The position numbers were made by a program, and so were the translations under genes. A stretch of DNA of 64,000 nucleotides, taken from the NCBI GenBank assembly GCA_951406725.2, contig OX597824.1:7812001-7876000 (forward strand), written 5' to 3'. How positions within the stretch are numbered: the stretch's first letter is position 1; each line of letters opens with the position of its first letter. Below are positions 27,532-40,908 of this stretch, piece after piece. The notes beneath the pieces were generated by a model that was not told where the DNA came from, did no database searches, and was given only the letters and a program-made list of their open reading frames with translations. The DNA comes from Octopus vulgaris (Eukaryota).

Positions 27532-27945
27532 TGTATTGAAATAAATTTTGCTGTGTCTAGGAAGGGTCATTATACCAGCATAATTAACACACGCACTGGT
27601 TCAATTCCACTCCTTTATTGTTAGCCAATTGGTTAAATCTCCAGCCAGCTAATCGATTGTTTAATTTGCTTTGTTTTTGATTGGCAAAGTTCTTTCGTTG
27701 CTATTTGTAACCTTTTCAGTGACTATTGACTTTGTGTCCTAAGAGTCCATGAGTCAGTAGTCATTGAAAAGGTTGCAAGTAGAAAGAACTTTGGCAAACA
27801 AAAAACAAACAAATTAAACAATCGATTAGCTAGTTCGATATTTAACCAATTGGCTAATAATAAAGGAGTGAAATTGAACCAGTGCGTGTGTTAGTTATGT
27901 TGGCATAATGACCTTCCCCCAACACTACAAAATATACTTATACAA
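27532..27945. repeat. Long imperfect palindrome (foldback/MITE-like)
   Basis: Arms of about 190 bp (ggtcattat...acacacgcactggttcaat / attgaaccagtgcgtgtgt...ataatgacc) around a loop of about 20 nt. Confidence 0.88.
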
Positions 27946-28486
27946 TATGGTGCGTGTGTGTGTATGTGTGAGTGTGTGTGTGTGCGTGTGTGTGCGTATG
28001 TGTGTGTGCGTGCGTGTGTGTGCAAGTATGTATGTATTGTCATTGGCTCGATTAGTAGTTATTTACAAATCGCTTATCTCTTTTATTAAATATTAATTCA
28101 AAGATAAGAGTCGAGAAGATAAATCTGAAGGGTTTACCTTATTTTATTTGATATTATCCATATTTTCCCGCGCTGGTTTCGTACATACTGTTCAAATATT
28201 GTCAGTCTTTAAATGTAACTTTTATCTATTAAAACTGTGCCACTTACATAATGGATGCCGTTTAACCCTTTCTCTGTCCAAAGCATTTTATAAGTTAGTC
28301 CTAATCATCATTTACAGGCTTTTGGCATACCTTGTTTCATAACTTTATCATACCTCGGTTCTGCCTAATATAAAGCTTTCTTTCATAAGTACCAAGTAAC
28401 GGTGAAAAAAAATTTAACGACCAGCGGTTGTGTCCCAGCATGGCCGCGGCCTTCGGCTAAAACATTTTTAAGGATTTAAGGAACAT

Positions 28487-28965
28487 GTGACCGATGTCTC
28501 CGTTTTGGAAAGAACGAAAAGCAACAGTATCGAGGCTACCATCCCAAAACATCTGAGATGGTCGAGCCACGTGACAAGGATGGAAGAAACCAGGCTGCCG
28601 CGTCAAATTTCAAATAGTGAATTTTCCACTGGAAGAAGACGCCGTGGCCGTCACCTCCGTCGATACAAGGATCAGTTGAAGCAAAGCCTAAAGATGACTG
28701 GAATCGATCCCAAAGCCTGGGACATAGAAGCTCAGGACAGGCCCGACTGGCATCATTCCATCTCCGCTGTGACAAATCATTTTGAAACTGAACGACAGAG
28801 GAAAGAGGAAGAGAAACGACAAGAAAGAAAATGGAGGCTGTATCAACCAAATCCTCTACCACAGATCCCCTGTGAACTTTGCAACAGACGCTTCCATGCA
28901 AAAATCGGCCTTTTTAGTCATCAGAGGCAGTGGTCAAGAAGAAACCAAATAAATTATCGGACACA
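28487..28965 (+). mobile_element. RTE-clade (BovB-like) LINE 3' fragment
   Basis: HLRWSSHVTRMEETRLPRQI...G.RRRGR..RRYKDQLK...DR..W and C-terminal CELC...IGLFSHQR. Confidence 0.88.
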
Positions 28966-29407
28966 CGATAAAACGCCGAGAATCATATATTATGCATGGC
29001 CACTAGGGAAATATGTCCTGTGTATCGTATATGATACACAGGACATGCAAAGGTTTTAATCATTTATATTTATAGTAAGATTTGGAGGTGTTGAACTGGT
29101 GCAATCGTTAAAGCAGCGAACACCAAAAATTTTAGCTGGCCTTACTTCCGCCTTTTAACGTTCTGAGTTCATATTCCACCGACGTTGGCTTTACTTTTCA
29201 TCCTTCTGGTGAGGGCCAAATAAGTATCAGTTGATCCTGGTACTTACTTTACCCATGCTAGAAAAGTAATGCCAACGACCTGCCCCTCCAGGCAAAATCA
29301 CTGCCATAGTACCAGAAGTAGAAACAATTTTCCTAACAGAATTTAACCTCTGTCTCGCGTAACCATTTTAATGAAATAATCCTCCTTGTTTTCTCTCTGC
29401 TTTCTAG

Positions 29408-29614
29408 ATGCTCTACGTTCCTTGGCTACCTGGGACAATATTCGCTGTTGGATCTCTTGCTAGTGTTTGTCTTTTGATCTTTATGCCAGAAACTCAACAT
29501 TTACAGATGCCAACCACAATGAACGATGTTCGAAATCAACTAGAATCCCAGAAGAGGAAAAAGAAAAAGCGTTCAAACTCGGAAAATCAAAATACAAGCC
29601 TTACTAAAGCATGA
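29408..29614 (+). CDS. SLC22 transporter last coding exon (TM12, PET motif, stop)
   Basis: tttctag|ATG after a pyrimidine tract. Encodes MLYVPWLPGTIFAVGSL...MPETQHLQMPTT...TGA; phase 0. Confidence 0.93.
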   Translation: MLYVPWLPGTIFAVGSLASVCLLIFMPETQHLQMPTTMNDVRNQLESQKRKKKKRSNSENQNTSLTKA

Positions 29615-29754
29615 TTCGTAAAGAGTCAGTAATATATATATATATATACTTAATAATATATGTGTGTGTTGTTTTCTATTTATGTTGTTGAAACAGATTT
29701 TGTTGTACATTGGAAAGGATATTCCGCCATTACAGCACTGTTTAATTATCATCT

Positions 29755-29760
29755 AATAAA
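29755..29760 (+). promoter_or_regulatory. Candidate polyadenylation signal of the SLC22 gene
   Basis: AATAAA 140 nt after the stop codon, followed by T-rich sequence. Confidence 0.55.
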
Positions 29761-30290
29761 TGAATTTATTAACAAAGTGATTATTTTGTCAATGCATTTC
29801 ATTAAACTCGTGTGACCTTTTCACTGGTTCCCACCCATAACACTAACACCGAAACAGCTTTGTATTAATTCTAGAAAAAATAAAACCAAACCTTGCCTTT
29901 CGTGAGACTCATACATACAAGCATATACATACATACATACATATATATAGAGAGAGAAAGGGAGGGAAACCCCTATGTGGACACCCATATGCTAGAAATA
30001 GATCCGCTGCGGTCTCACCACCAAGAAATGTTCTCAAGAAAAATTTAGCAAAACAACCAAAACGTAATCGAGCAAGACAAAAGAAAAAGTAATAAAAATA
30101 TGGATTATTCGTATACATGTTTCACTATCAACAAATTACATAATTCTCTGTAGATCATCGGTACGACCGTCCAGGTGAGTATAATTTGTAGGACTGCATA
30201 CTAGGATGTCTGCACAAAGTCAAACTTGTATAACAGTCCTACCCATTACACTCGTAGCTACTATTTCAAACGTCCTTATATATATATATA

Positions 30291-30520
30291 AGTTCAGCAA
30301 AATTTAGATTCAGATGAATATGGTACTTAAGTTAAAGGCACCAGAATTTGGTATGGTATTATCCATATAAATCAAATGGGGTGATTATAATCAAAATAAG
30401 CAACAAAGATATCCAAGGTGGTGTAGTACAATCGTTTCATGCTACTTCATTTTATTAAACAATGTAAGTATTACATCAGTTTTAAAATGTCGAGCAATCT
30501 TCAGCCACATATAGAATCTT
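30291..30520 (-). mobile_element. Penelope-like pseudo-LTR relic with hammerhead (30422-30509)
   Basis: Minus strand: tgtgg-CTGAAGA-ttgct...agcat-GAAAC-gatt-GTA-ctaca. The flank shares gtactt..gcacc..aatcaaaataa..ccaagg with the 38.1-kb element. Confidence 0.72.
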
Positions 30521-30740
30521 TCAATTAAACTGACAATGCATATTCTTATACATTTGCCAACATTACAAAGAGGGTAGATATATATACAGAGAAGTTAATT
30601 TCATCATTAAGAATGTGTTGGTAGTATGTTCTTCTCCGTCTGTAGGTTTTACCACTAAGTTCACTTTGTTATTAAATAAGGAATTGACAAAACAAAAGCC
30701 CTCTCTTGCCCCAAAATAGCCAAAAAGTCGTTTTATTTTA

Positions 30741-31307
30741 TTACCTCCGCCTTAGCGAAGCCGGAGGTATTGTTTTCAGTCGTGTTTGTTTGTCTGTGGA
30801 CAAGATGTCTCAAGAACCATTGGATAAATTCAAGTGAAATTTTCAGGGATGTTTGGCGTCATGATTGACACGAACTGATTACATTTTGGGATCGATCCGG
30901 TACCGTACAAGGGTTCTGGATTATTTGTTATATTTACTCTACATGATGACGATCTTACGTTATCTTTGAAGTCTTTCTCAATTATCTCCCTTTAGGCTGT
31001 AACTATTTTGAATGGTGAATTTATTGTATTAGATAAGGATAGACTATTTATTACTGTTACTAAATTTTCTACAGCCACCTTCACGTTTCATGACTATCAT
31101 TGTGATCGATCAGGTACCGGACAAGGATTCTGGATTATTTTTCCGGCCTTAATTTTTGAGAGAGGTCGGGTTCAGTTTTAGTATTCTCGTTTGTAAGAGC
31201 AGTCAAGTGTATTTCAGATATTCTCATTTTAAAAATCATCTCCGGTTAATTGTTGAGAGGACGTTGGTGTTGCGTTGGCGGAGGTTTGTGCTCTCTGAGT
31301 GCCTCTT
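30741..31307 (+). mobile_element. Non-autonomous Helentron (HINE/DINE-like)
   Basis: ttacctccgcc...cggaggt 5' palindrome, 3' sub-TIR ttggcggaggt, 3' hairpin gtgctc-tct-gagtgc, T-rich flanks. Confidence 0.75.
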
Positions 31308-31779
31308 ATTATTTATTTATTTATTGACTTATTGCAATCCACGATGCTTTCATAACACGCGTTCGTATGTACGCTAGTTAATTTCCGATTCCCCATCTAC
31401 AGGAATGCCCACTGATGTTAATGGCAATAACGGTGACATAAATTTCGCGCTAAAACAAATTGATATATTCAAATGACAGTGACATACACGCAGTCCTTAT
31501 TTGTCCTCATTGACAGAGTTTTTCAAGTGGTTGAAGGAAACATTCGGAAAAGAAAAAAAATGCAAAATTAAAATTTAAGAAATGAAAACTCTTGATTTCA
31601 AAGATTAAACTTTATTGTTTCGTGGAATACAATGGGTCTATGTTTAAGGCATTTGAATTTTATTCTTGGCTTGTTTCAGTCATTGGACTGCGACCAGGCT
31701 GGAGCACCTCTTTCAAGGGTTTTCTGTTGTGTGTGCGCGCACGCGTGAGTAAAGGTGAGCTCCTTTATGTTTGTCCTTA

Positions 31780-32450
31780 GTGCTTGCTCTTGGGCAGCAC
31801 AGATTACAGCATCCGTTTCGGGTTTTAAATCACTTGTAGTCATCCACAGCCATCTTTTTTCTCAGTCTGTCTTATCTTCAACATCCCTATGAAATTTACC
31901 ATACATTCTTTTCTTTACCCACTTATTTTCAGCTTCATTCGTTTTCAATTTCTTGTATAGTGCTTTATCTTTGCAATCTTCCATCCTACACAAGCCTGAC
32001 CTTCCTACTTCTAGTAACAGCGGTTCTGTGGCATCTTTTACATACTATGTTATGTTGTTTTCTTCTGCTCTAATGCTGTGTTCGCATCCAATAAGTCCTC
32101 TTTTACTTGGTACGTACAGTCTGTCAGTGTCACTTTTTGGGTGGAGTGACCCATATCTATTTAGTAACTTCCTTGTCTTTCTGTCTAAGCTGTTTAGTTC
32201 GTCCACTGTCCATGCGATTACCTCTGCTCCATATCTACGGAGTGAAACCGCCCAGGTGTTGATAGCTTCATCCTTATTCCCTCCGTGTAATTTCGACTTA
32301 AGGATCAGTCTCAGTCTGTGTAAGTACTCCACCTTAAATTTTTCTGTCATTTCTTTCTCCATCAATTTATCCATCAATTTGTCCATTTCCAAAATCCCCA
32401 AGTACTTATAGCCCGTCTCTTCTATCTGTTTCATAACCTCCCCCAACGGT
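31780..32450 (-). mobile_element. R4/Dong-like RT fragment
   Basis: GYKYLGILE...SKLHGGNK..AINTWAV...LDRKTRKLL...LHPKSDTDRLYVP..RGL. Confidence 0.85.
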
Positions 32451-32499
32451 GGGATTATATAGTACGCCTTACGATAGTCGATCCATCACATGATACATC

Positions 32500-32648
32500 T
32501 GAAAAATACCTTAGGAGTGAGAACCTAGGTTCGAAACTTCCCCAAGATACATAATGAAGGCTGGAGAGTACATCAGCCGAAATGTTGTGTTAACAACAAA
32601 CAAGATGAGGACAAATATCCATCAAATGTAAATAATGTAAATAATGTT
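32500..32648 (+). mobile_element. Possible PLE pseudo-LTR relic with degenerate hammerhead (32545-32592)
   Basis: gatac-ATAATGA-a-ggctg...cagcc-GAAAT-GTT-gtgtt; stems kept, core mutated. Confidence 0.4.
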
Positions 32649-32649
32649 T

Positions 32650-32866
32650 TATTCTTTTACTTGTTTCAGTAATTTGACTGCGGCCATGCTGGAGCACCGC
32701 CTTTAGTCAAACAAATCGACCCTAGAACTTATACATTGTAAGCCTAGTACTTATTCTATTGGATCTTTTTGCTGAGCCGCTAAGTTACGGAGACGTAAAC
32801 ACAACAACACCGTTGTCAAGCGATGGTGGGGGGACAAACACAGACACACAAACATATATATATGTT

Positions 32867-32898
<32 letters not shown>

Positions 32899-33052
32899 CG
32901 ACGGGATTCTTTCAGTTTCCGTCTACCAAATCCACTCACAAGGTTTTGGTCTGCCCGAGGCTAAAGTAGAAGACACTTGCCCAAGGTGCCACGCAGTGGG
33001 ACTGAACCCAGAACCACGTGGTTGGTAAGCAAGCTTCTTACCACACAGCCAA
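32650..33052 (-). mobile_element. SINE family A, near full length
   Basis: Homologous to 35058-35410 and 59280-59640. Confidence 0.85.
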
Positions 33053-33604
33053 TGAACAGGTATCTTTTTACGTCATCAAGGTATCTTTTTACGTCATCCA
33101 AGGAATTGAAATTTTTACCATTAAGACTATTCTGCAGAGACCTGAATAAGTGGAAACTCGAAGGAACAATATCTGGTTAATATGGAGGGTGGGGTAACAC
33201 ATCCCGGCCAAGCTGCAGCAATTTTTGTCTGGTTCCCAAAGCATCAAGTGCCGAATATGAACTTTCTTATCTTCTATTTTAAAGGGTTATAGAATTGACA
33301 CAAGTTATCGGAACAGAAACCTTCTTCCACGAAAAGATAGCTTAAACTGTGCTCTAAATGGAGGTGAAGTCAACTCCTATTTTATGGACTCAACCATGTC
33401 TTAAAGTAAGTCGAAAAGTAAGCTACAATAAACTGGTACGAACTTTACCGACAACCCAATATAAATAAACATTTGCAGTCCAGGGGAAATAACTCGTGTA
33501 TAAGTTACACCAGCCCGGAAGAGTTATCTACCTTTGATTAAGAAATATTTTGAAATAAAGGCAACGCTATTTCCATTACTTTTCTATTTTTTTTATATAT
33601 TTCC

Positions 33605-33803
33605 TTCAGTCATTTGACTGTGGCCATGCTGGAGCACAGCCTTTAGATGAAAAATTCGACTCCAGGACTCATTCTCTGTAAGCCTAGTACTTATTCTGAT
33701 AGTCTTATTTGCCGAACCGCTAAGTTACGGGAACGTAAACACACGCATCAGTTTTGAAGCGATGGTGTGAGGACAAACACAAACAAACAAACACACACAC
33801 ATA

Positions 33804-33848
<45 letters not shown>

Positions 33849-33924
33849 GTACACATACATACATACATACATTACATACATACATACATGTATGTGTGTG
33901 TGTGTATATATATATATATAAATA

Positions 33925-33986
<62 letters not shown>

Positions 33987-34143
33987 AGCTTCTTTTAGTT
34001 TCCATTTACCAAATCCACTCACAAGGTTTTGGTCGGCCTGAGGCTATAGGAGAAGACACTTGCCCAAGTTATCACACAGTGGAACTGAACCCGGAACCAC
34101 GTGGTTGGGAAGCAAGCTTCTTACCACGCAGCCACTCCTGCGC
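33605..34143 (-). mobile_element. SINE family A with expanded (TA)n centre
   Basis: Same head and tail as the other family A copies. Confidence 0.85.
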
Positions 34144-34514
34144 CTGTTGCTCTGAGATATTTAATAACCCCGAACATTGTTCAGTGATGCAACAACGAAT
34201 AAGTGAAGCATGCATTAAACGGACAGGAGAAACGGACATCAAAAATACAGCATGAAGATAATATGAAATGCTGGCTTTAAAGTTTTGGCACAAGGCCAGG
34301 AATTTCGGAGCGGGGTAAATTGATTATAGTTACCCCAATGCTCATCGAGTGCTTATTTTATCCACCCGAAAGGCAAAATTGGCCCCGGTTGCGTTTGAAT
34401 ATAAAACATAAATTCGGAAGAAATGCTGCTATGCAGTTTTGTCCGGCACGGTTACGATTCTGTCAGCTCACCGACTTGACAAAATGTCAACTGCCGAGTC
34501 ATAAATCAAGGAGG

Positions 34515-34586
<72 letters not shown>

Positions 34587-34603
34587 GACAGACAGAGACA
34601 GAC

Positions 34604-34643
<40 letters not shown>

Positions 34644-35057
34644 GCAGACAGACAGGCAGACAGGCAGAGACAGACAGACAGAAAGACACGCCGATAGGCA
34701 GGCAGGCAAGCAGACACATAGATTTCTCAGTTCCTTATGAATGATAATCTATGTGAATAATAAAAGTTCTGTTCAGAATTAGAAAACTCATGAAATATCT
34801 TACATTCAACAACGATAATATACGATAAACAAAATGTTTTTAATGTCAACATCGTCCATTTGAAAAAAAATTAAAGGGAGATAATTTACGCAGACGATAA
34901 CTTCTGACGTTTCAATGATTTTTATATTTGATTGTTCAGTTAATCGATTTAAACTTTTATAAACCGTAACTGACCCTTATATAAAAGAATAAACTGTAAG
35001 AAAAACACAATTTTTCTTTTTAAAAAGAAAAGGGAAGAAGAAGCTGTACTAATATAG

Positions 35058-35410
35058 GTGCAGGGGGACTGTGTGGTAAGAAGCTTGCTTCCCAACCACA
35101 TGGTTCCGGGTTCAGTCCCACTGTGTGACACTTGGGCAAGTGACTTCTACTATAGCCTCAGGCCGACCAAAACCTTGTGAGTGGATTTGGTAGAGGGAAA
35201 CTGAAAGAGGCTCATCGTGTGTGTGTATGTGTGTGTCTATTTGACACCCTACCCCGCCATCACTTGACAACCGATGTTGGTATGTCTACGTCACCGTAAC
35301 TTTGCGGTTCGGCAAAAGAGACCGATAGAATAAGTCCTGGGGTCGATTTGTTCGACTAAAGTCGGTGCTCCAGCATGGCCGCAGTCAAATGATTGAAACA
35401 AGTAAAAGAA
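35058..35410 (+). mobile_element. SINE family A
   Basis: gtgtggtaagaagcttgcttcccaaccacatggttccgggttcagtccc...gctccagcatggccgcagtc. Confidence 0.85.
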
Positions 35411-37159
35411 TTAAAAAAGAAAAGATAAAATAATTATATATAAACAAATCAATTACTTTTGCAGTTAAATCTTTGGGCGGGGGGCTCCATGAAGTGAAGG
35501 AAATTGCTTAAGGCTAGTGGATCCTTGATATTAAATTGGCCCTTGAAACTTGACCACAGTTTAAAGACCAGACTTGTAATTTTTGCATTGGAACAGATAA
35601 TGGTATAAAGTGTCTGCGTATTCTCCATAATACCATAAATGTGATTCCATGCGATCTGTATTCTAAAGAATGCAACCCAAAGGAATGCAGCCCGTTTGAA
35701 GCCAACAAAAGTCTTCATTTATTAAACCTACCAGGTGTCAGATATGTTTTATACGTTACCAGATATGGTTGACATATTGGGGAGATTAAAGACTGATTAA
35801 AGTTAGCTTATCGTTTGATTGTTTCCAGTAAGTTTTATCACCATTGACTAATCATGGATTTGCAGACTGATTTCACTTTTGACAGATTTGTAATCTATAT
35901 CTTTGTAATGTAGTCTGTATCTTATTTCTTACTTTGCTCCATCAATTACTTATTCATCTTGTTTCCCATTTTCCTAAATCTGTGTAGAAGTGTCTAAATC
36001 ATTGTTATTAAATTATCAATATTTTCTGCTCAATATATATCTATTTTGTAGAGAATATTCCCGATTATTTTCTACAGGATTTCTTTTTAAAGAGTTCAAG
36101 TTCGACAGGTTATCAAAGAATGGAAAATCATTCTTATTTTTCCTTTTGCAAATTTTTATTTTATTTTATTTTATTTATTTATTTTTTTGCAAAATTCGAG
36201 TGCATTATCGTTCCTCACCATTCAACATCAAATGTTGTAAAAGCACGATACAATCTGAAGATGGTATTTTAAAATCTATTTTGAAAGATCAAGGCTAGCC
36301 GAACGCTCAAATCCCTTCCCTGAATATGGCGTATCTGTGCAAACGACGTATTTATGCTGTTCCTTTCTTTCCTCCATTGATTTATTTTATTGCTACTTTG
36401 AAAAAATTCCATTTGTTTTAAGCATGGACTTGACTTATTGTCATACTCTTCTAATTTCAATAAAAAGTGAACAGTTTTGTTTAAAATAAGATGTTGTACA
36501 ACTTGGATATAATTTACAACACTGCAATGTGAATAAAATCCGAAACATCTCCCAATTATTGATCGCTAAAGACGGCTTCACCAGTCTTTACTATTTTAGC
36601 ATTTGCACCCGTTAGAATCTAGAATCGTATGCAAGAAAATAAATATGTATAGAGAGTGTGCCATCAATACCGGATTGGGAGTGATTAATATAATGTCTTT
36701 GTGATATAAAACAATTGCTAATCGTTTTGTGCAGTTATTATAATTGTATAAAAACATTAATAAGGCATTGGAAGAAAGACGGAAAAAATAACATTCAGTT
36801 TGTTTTACACGTTTTACGAAAATCGCTCAGGGGAGGTAAGTACAAATTAAAGAAATGTTTGATTTATTTCCCTTTATATGATAGATTTGTTATTAGAATA
36901 AGTAACGTGAAGTGAGATTTAAATGGGGTTTTATTTGTAGCTTTTCAACTTATAAATCTTTATAATGATATAAGATAACCACCTGTCTGACTCTCTACCT
37001 TGCTAATTAGGAAGGTGTATATACATAGTCTGAGTGGTATGAGAAAAAGACTTGATATAGCCCATTGATAGATGTCTGGGATGATATGTTAATGAGCGGT
37101 CGACACTCTTGTGTCACGCAGTTTGCTGCTAGTTTTATACGTATATACGAAAGTGCACA

Positions 37160-38087
37160 CATACATACATACATACATACATACATACATACATACATAC
37201 ATACATACATACATACATTCATACATACATGCATGCATTCATACATACATGCATGCATACATACATAATACATACATACATACACACACACATATATACA
37301 TACATACATACATACATACATACATACATACATACATACGTACATGCATGCATGCATGCATGCATACATGCATACATGCATACATACATACATACATTCA
37401 TACATGCATACATACATGCATACACGCACACACATGCATGCATACATACATACATACACACACACATATACACATACATACATACATACATACATACATA
37501 CATACATACATACATACATACATACACACATACATACATACATACATACATACATACATACATACATACATACATACATACATACATACATACACACACA
37601 CATACACACATACACACATACATACATAAATACATACATTCATACATACATTCATACATACATACATGCATGCATGCATACATTCATACACACATACATA
37701 CATACATTCATACATACATACATGCATACATACATGCATACATGCACATACATACATACACGCACACACATGCATGCATACATACATACACACATTCATA
37801 CATACATACATACATACATACATACACACACACATACACACATACACACATACATACATAAATACATACATACATACATACATTCATACATACATTCATA
37901 CATGCATACATGCATGCATGCATGCATACATGCATACATGCATACATGCATACATTCATACATACATACATGCATGCATGCATACACGCATACATACATA
38001 CATTCATACATACATACATGCATACATGCATACATACATACATACATACATACATACATACATACATACATACACACATACATACAT
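37160..38087. repeat. (CATA/CATG/CACA)n array with higher-order duplication
   Basis: Direct inspection. Confidence 0.97.
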
Positions 38088-38193
38088 AAATTCAGGGTGA
38101 GTACTTGATAATTGTAAGCACCTGTATATACCGTTTGGTGGTGTAGGTGGTGGAGTAAATTAATCAAAATAAAAACATGATGCCAAGGATTCA

Positions 38194-38271
38194 GCGGTAC
38201 ATATGTTTCGGGCCTTTATTAGACGGATTTAATACAATGCATAATGTGTGCCTATGGCCTTCTTCAGCCGC
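38194..38271 (-). ncRNA. Type-I hammerhead ribozyme motif
   Basis: Reverse complement of the 38448-38525 motif. Confidence 0.8.
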
Positions 38272-38447
38272 GCACAACTACTACGTCAAGGGCATGTATT
38301 ACATCAAAAATTCTACGTTGGGGATGCAAATCCTCTCAGTCGCGTACGACATAATGCGGCAACAGCATAAAAATGAAGCGTCCATCCCGTCCTTCTCTCA
38401 ATGTAGAATTTTTGATGTAATACATGTCCTTGAGGTAGTTGTTGTGC

Positions 38448-38525
38448 GCGGCTGAAGAAGGCCATAGACACACATTATGCATTGTTATAAATCCGTCTAA
38501 TAAAGGCCCGAAACATATGTACCGC
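38448..38525 (+). ncRNA. Type-I hammerhead ribozyme motif
   Basis: gcgg-CTGAAGA-aggcc atagac...gtcta ataaa ggccc-GAAAC-atat-GTA|ccgc; predicted cut after 38521. Confidence 0.82.
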
Positions 38526-38864
38526 TGAATCCTTGGCATCATGTTTTTATTTTGATTAATTTACATACATACATGCATACATGCATACATGCATACATGC
38601 ATAAATGCATACATACATTCATACATACATACATACATACATGCATATATGCATGCATGCCTACATACATACATTCATACATACATACATGCATACATGC
38701 ATACATACATACATACATACATACATACATACATACATACATACACACATACATACATAAATTCAGGGTGAGTACTTGATAATTGTAAGCACCTGTATAT
38801 ACCGTTTGGTGGTGTAGGTGGTGGAGTAAATTAATCAAAATAAAAACATGATGCCAAGGATTCA

Positions 38865-38942
38865 GCGGTACATATGTTTCGGGCCTTTATTAGACGGATT
38901 TATAACAATGCATAATGTGTGCCTATGGCCTTCTTCAGCCGC
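38865..38942 (-). ncRNA. Type-I hammerhead ribozyme motif
   Basis: Copy of 38194-38271 at +671. Confidence 0.8.
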
Positions 38943-39118
38943 GCACAACTACTACGTCAAGGGCATGTATTACATCAAAAATTCTACGTTGGGGATGCAA
39001 ATCCTCTCATTCGCGTACGACATAATGCGGCAACAGCATAAAAATGAAGCGTCCATCCCGTCCTTCTCTCAATGTAGAATTTTTGATGTAATACATGTCC
39101 TTGAGGTAGTCGTTGTGC

Positions 39119-39196
39119 GCGGCTGAAGAAGGCCATAGACACACATTATGCATTGTTATAAATCCGTCTAATAAAGGCCCGAAACATATGTACCGC
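39119..39196 (+). ncRNA. Type-I hammerhead ribozyme motif
   Basis: Copy of 38448-38525 at +671; predicted cut after 39192. Confidence 0.82.
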
Positions 39197-40127
39197 TGAA
39201 TCCTTGGCATCATGTTTTTATTTTGATTAATTTACATACATACATACATGCATACATACATGCATACATGCATACATGCATAAATGCATACATACATTCA
39301 TACATACATACATACATACATGCATATATGCATGCATGCCTACATACATACATTCATACATACATACATGCATACATGCATACATACATACATACATACA
39401 TACATACATACATACATACATACATACATACATACATACATACACACATACAAACATACATACAAACATACATATATACATACATACAAACATACATATA
39501 TACATATGTAGGTATGTGAGTGTGTGTGTGTACGACGAGCTCCTTTCAGTTTCCGTCAACCAAAGTCGCTCACAAGGCTTTGGTTGGTCCGAGGCTAGAG
39601 TGGAAGACATTTGCCGAACGTGGCACGGTGAGGGACTGAACCCGGTGCCATGTGGTTGGAAAGCAACCTTCTTACCACATAGCCAATAATCTATTTCGAT
39701 GACGGTTGACCAAAGTGATGACCAGATCGTTTCAAGGATCCGGCATCAAAGCTATTCAAACTGTTGTATTTACAATTTGTGACATTTTGTTTTTCAATAC
39801 CGGCTGAGAATAAATTTTAACTTTGTTGTTGTCATTTTGTAACAATGACGCACCTTCAACAGCTGTTTATGACGTCATTGCTTACCTACCTTCCTACCTT
39901 CCTACCTACCTACCTACATACCTACCTACCTACCTACCTTCATACATACATACATACATACATACATACATACATACATACATACATACATACATACATA
40001 CATACATACATACATACATACATACATACAATTTAAATAATATAAATTAATTAATTTTATGTATTGGCTTATGTTTTTCATTGTTTGATTTGCCTAATAG
40101 TGGTTTTATCTCTAATTTAATATAACA

Positions 40128-40180
<53 letters not shown>

Positions 40181-40215
40181 ATATATATATATAAACATAT
40201 ATATATGTATGTATG

Positions 40216-40247
<32 letters not shown>

Positions 40248-40252
40248 TATAT

Positions 40253-40337
<85 letters not shown>

Positions 40338-40352
40338 CATACATATATATAT

Positions 40353-40388
<36 letters not shown>

Positions 40389-40433
40389 TTAGAGACAAAT
40401 TTTCCCTGTAAGTTTGGATTTACTCCCTAATAT

Positions 40434-40475
<42 letters not shown>

Positions 40476-40908
40476 GCACATACATATATTCTTTTTTTCT
40501 TTTCTTCTATTGTTTGTCATTTGACTGCTGCCATGCTGGAGCACCACCTTTAGTCTCACAAATCGACCCCAGGACTTATTCTTTGTAAGCCTCGTACTTA
40601 TTCTATATGTCTATTTTGCCGAACCGCCAAAAAGTAAGTAAAACGTAAGTATTGGGGTCGATTCATTCGACTAAAAATTCTCCAAGGCAGTGCCCCAGTA
40701 TGACCGCAATTTAATGACTGAAACAAGTAAAAGATAAAGATATATACGTATGTATAGAAAGCAAAGACTGAACATTTTCAGGCGATGAGTATTCTAGTAC
40801 AAATATATAGCTATTCAAATATTAACAGAGCAAACTGATACAGCGTACAAAGAGCAAACTCACACGGAGTACACAGAGTACAAAGGGGAAAGGTATAGTG
40901 TTACATGT

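Larger units (their letters stand above)
38088..39235. mobile_element. Tandem (period 671 bp) of an inverted PLE pseudo-LTR hairpin carrying four hammerheads
   Basis: Arms 38155-38320 and 38399-38564, repeated at +671; each arm contains a hammerhead core. Confidence 0.85.

Noticed and set aside
35449-36460. Short ORFs in a non-repetitive AT-rich stretch
   Set aside because: No recognisable motifs or consistent splice signals.
38177-39213. Four ORFs starting MMPRIQRYICFG
   Set aside because: They are by-products of the inverted and tandem repeat; the conserved feature is the hammerhead RNA fold.
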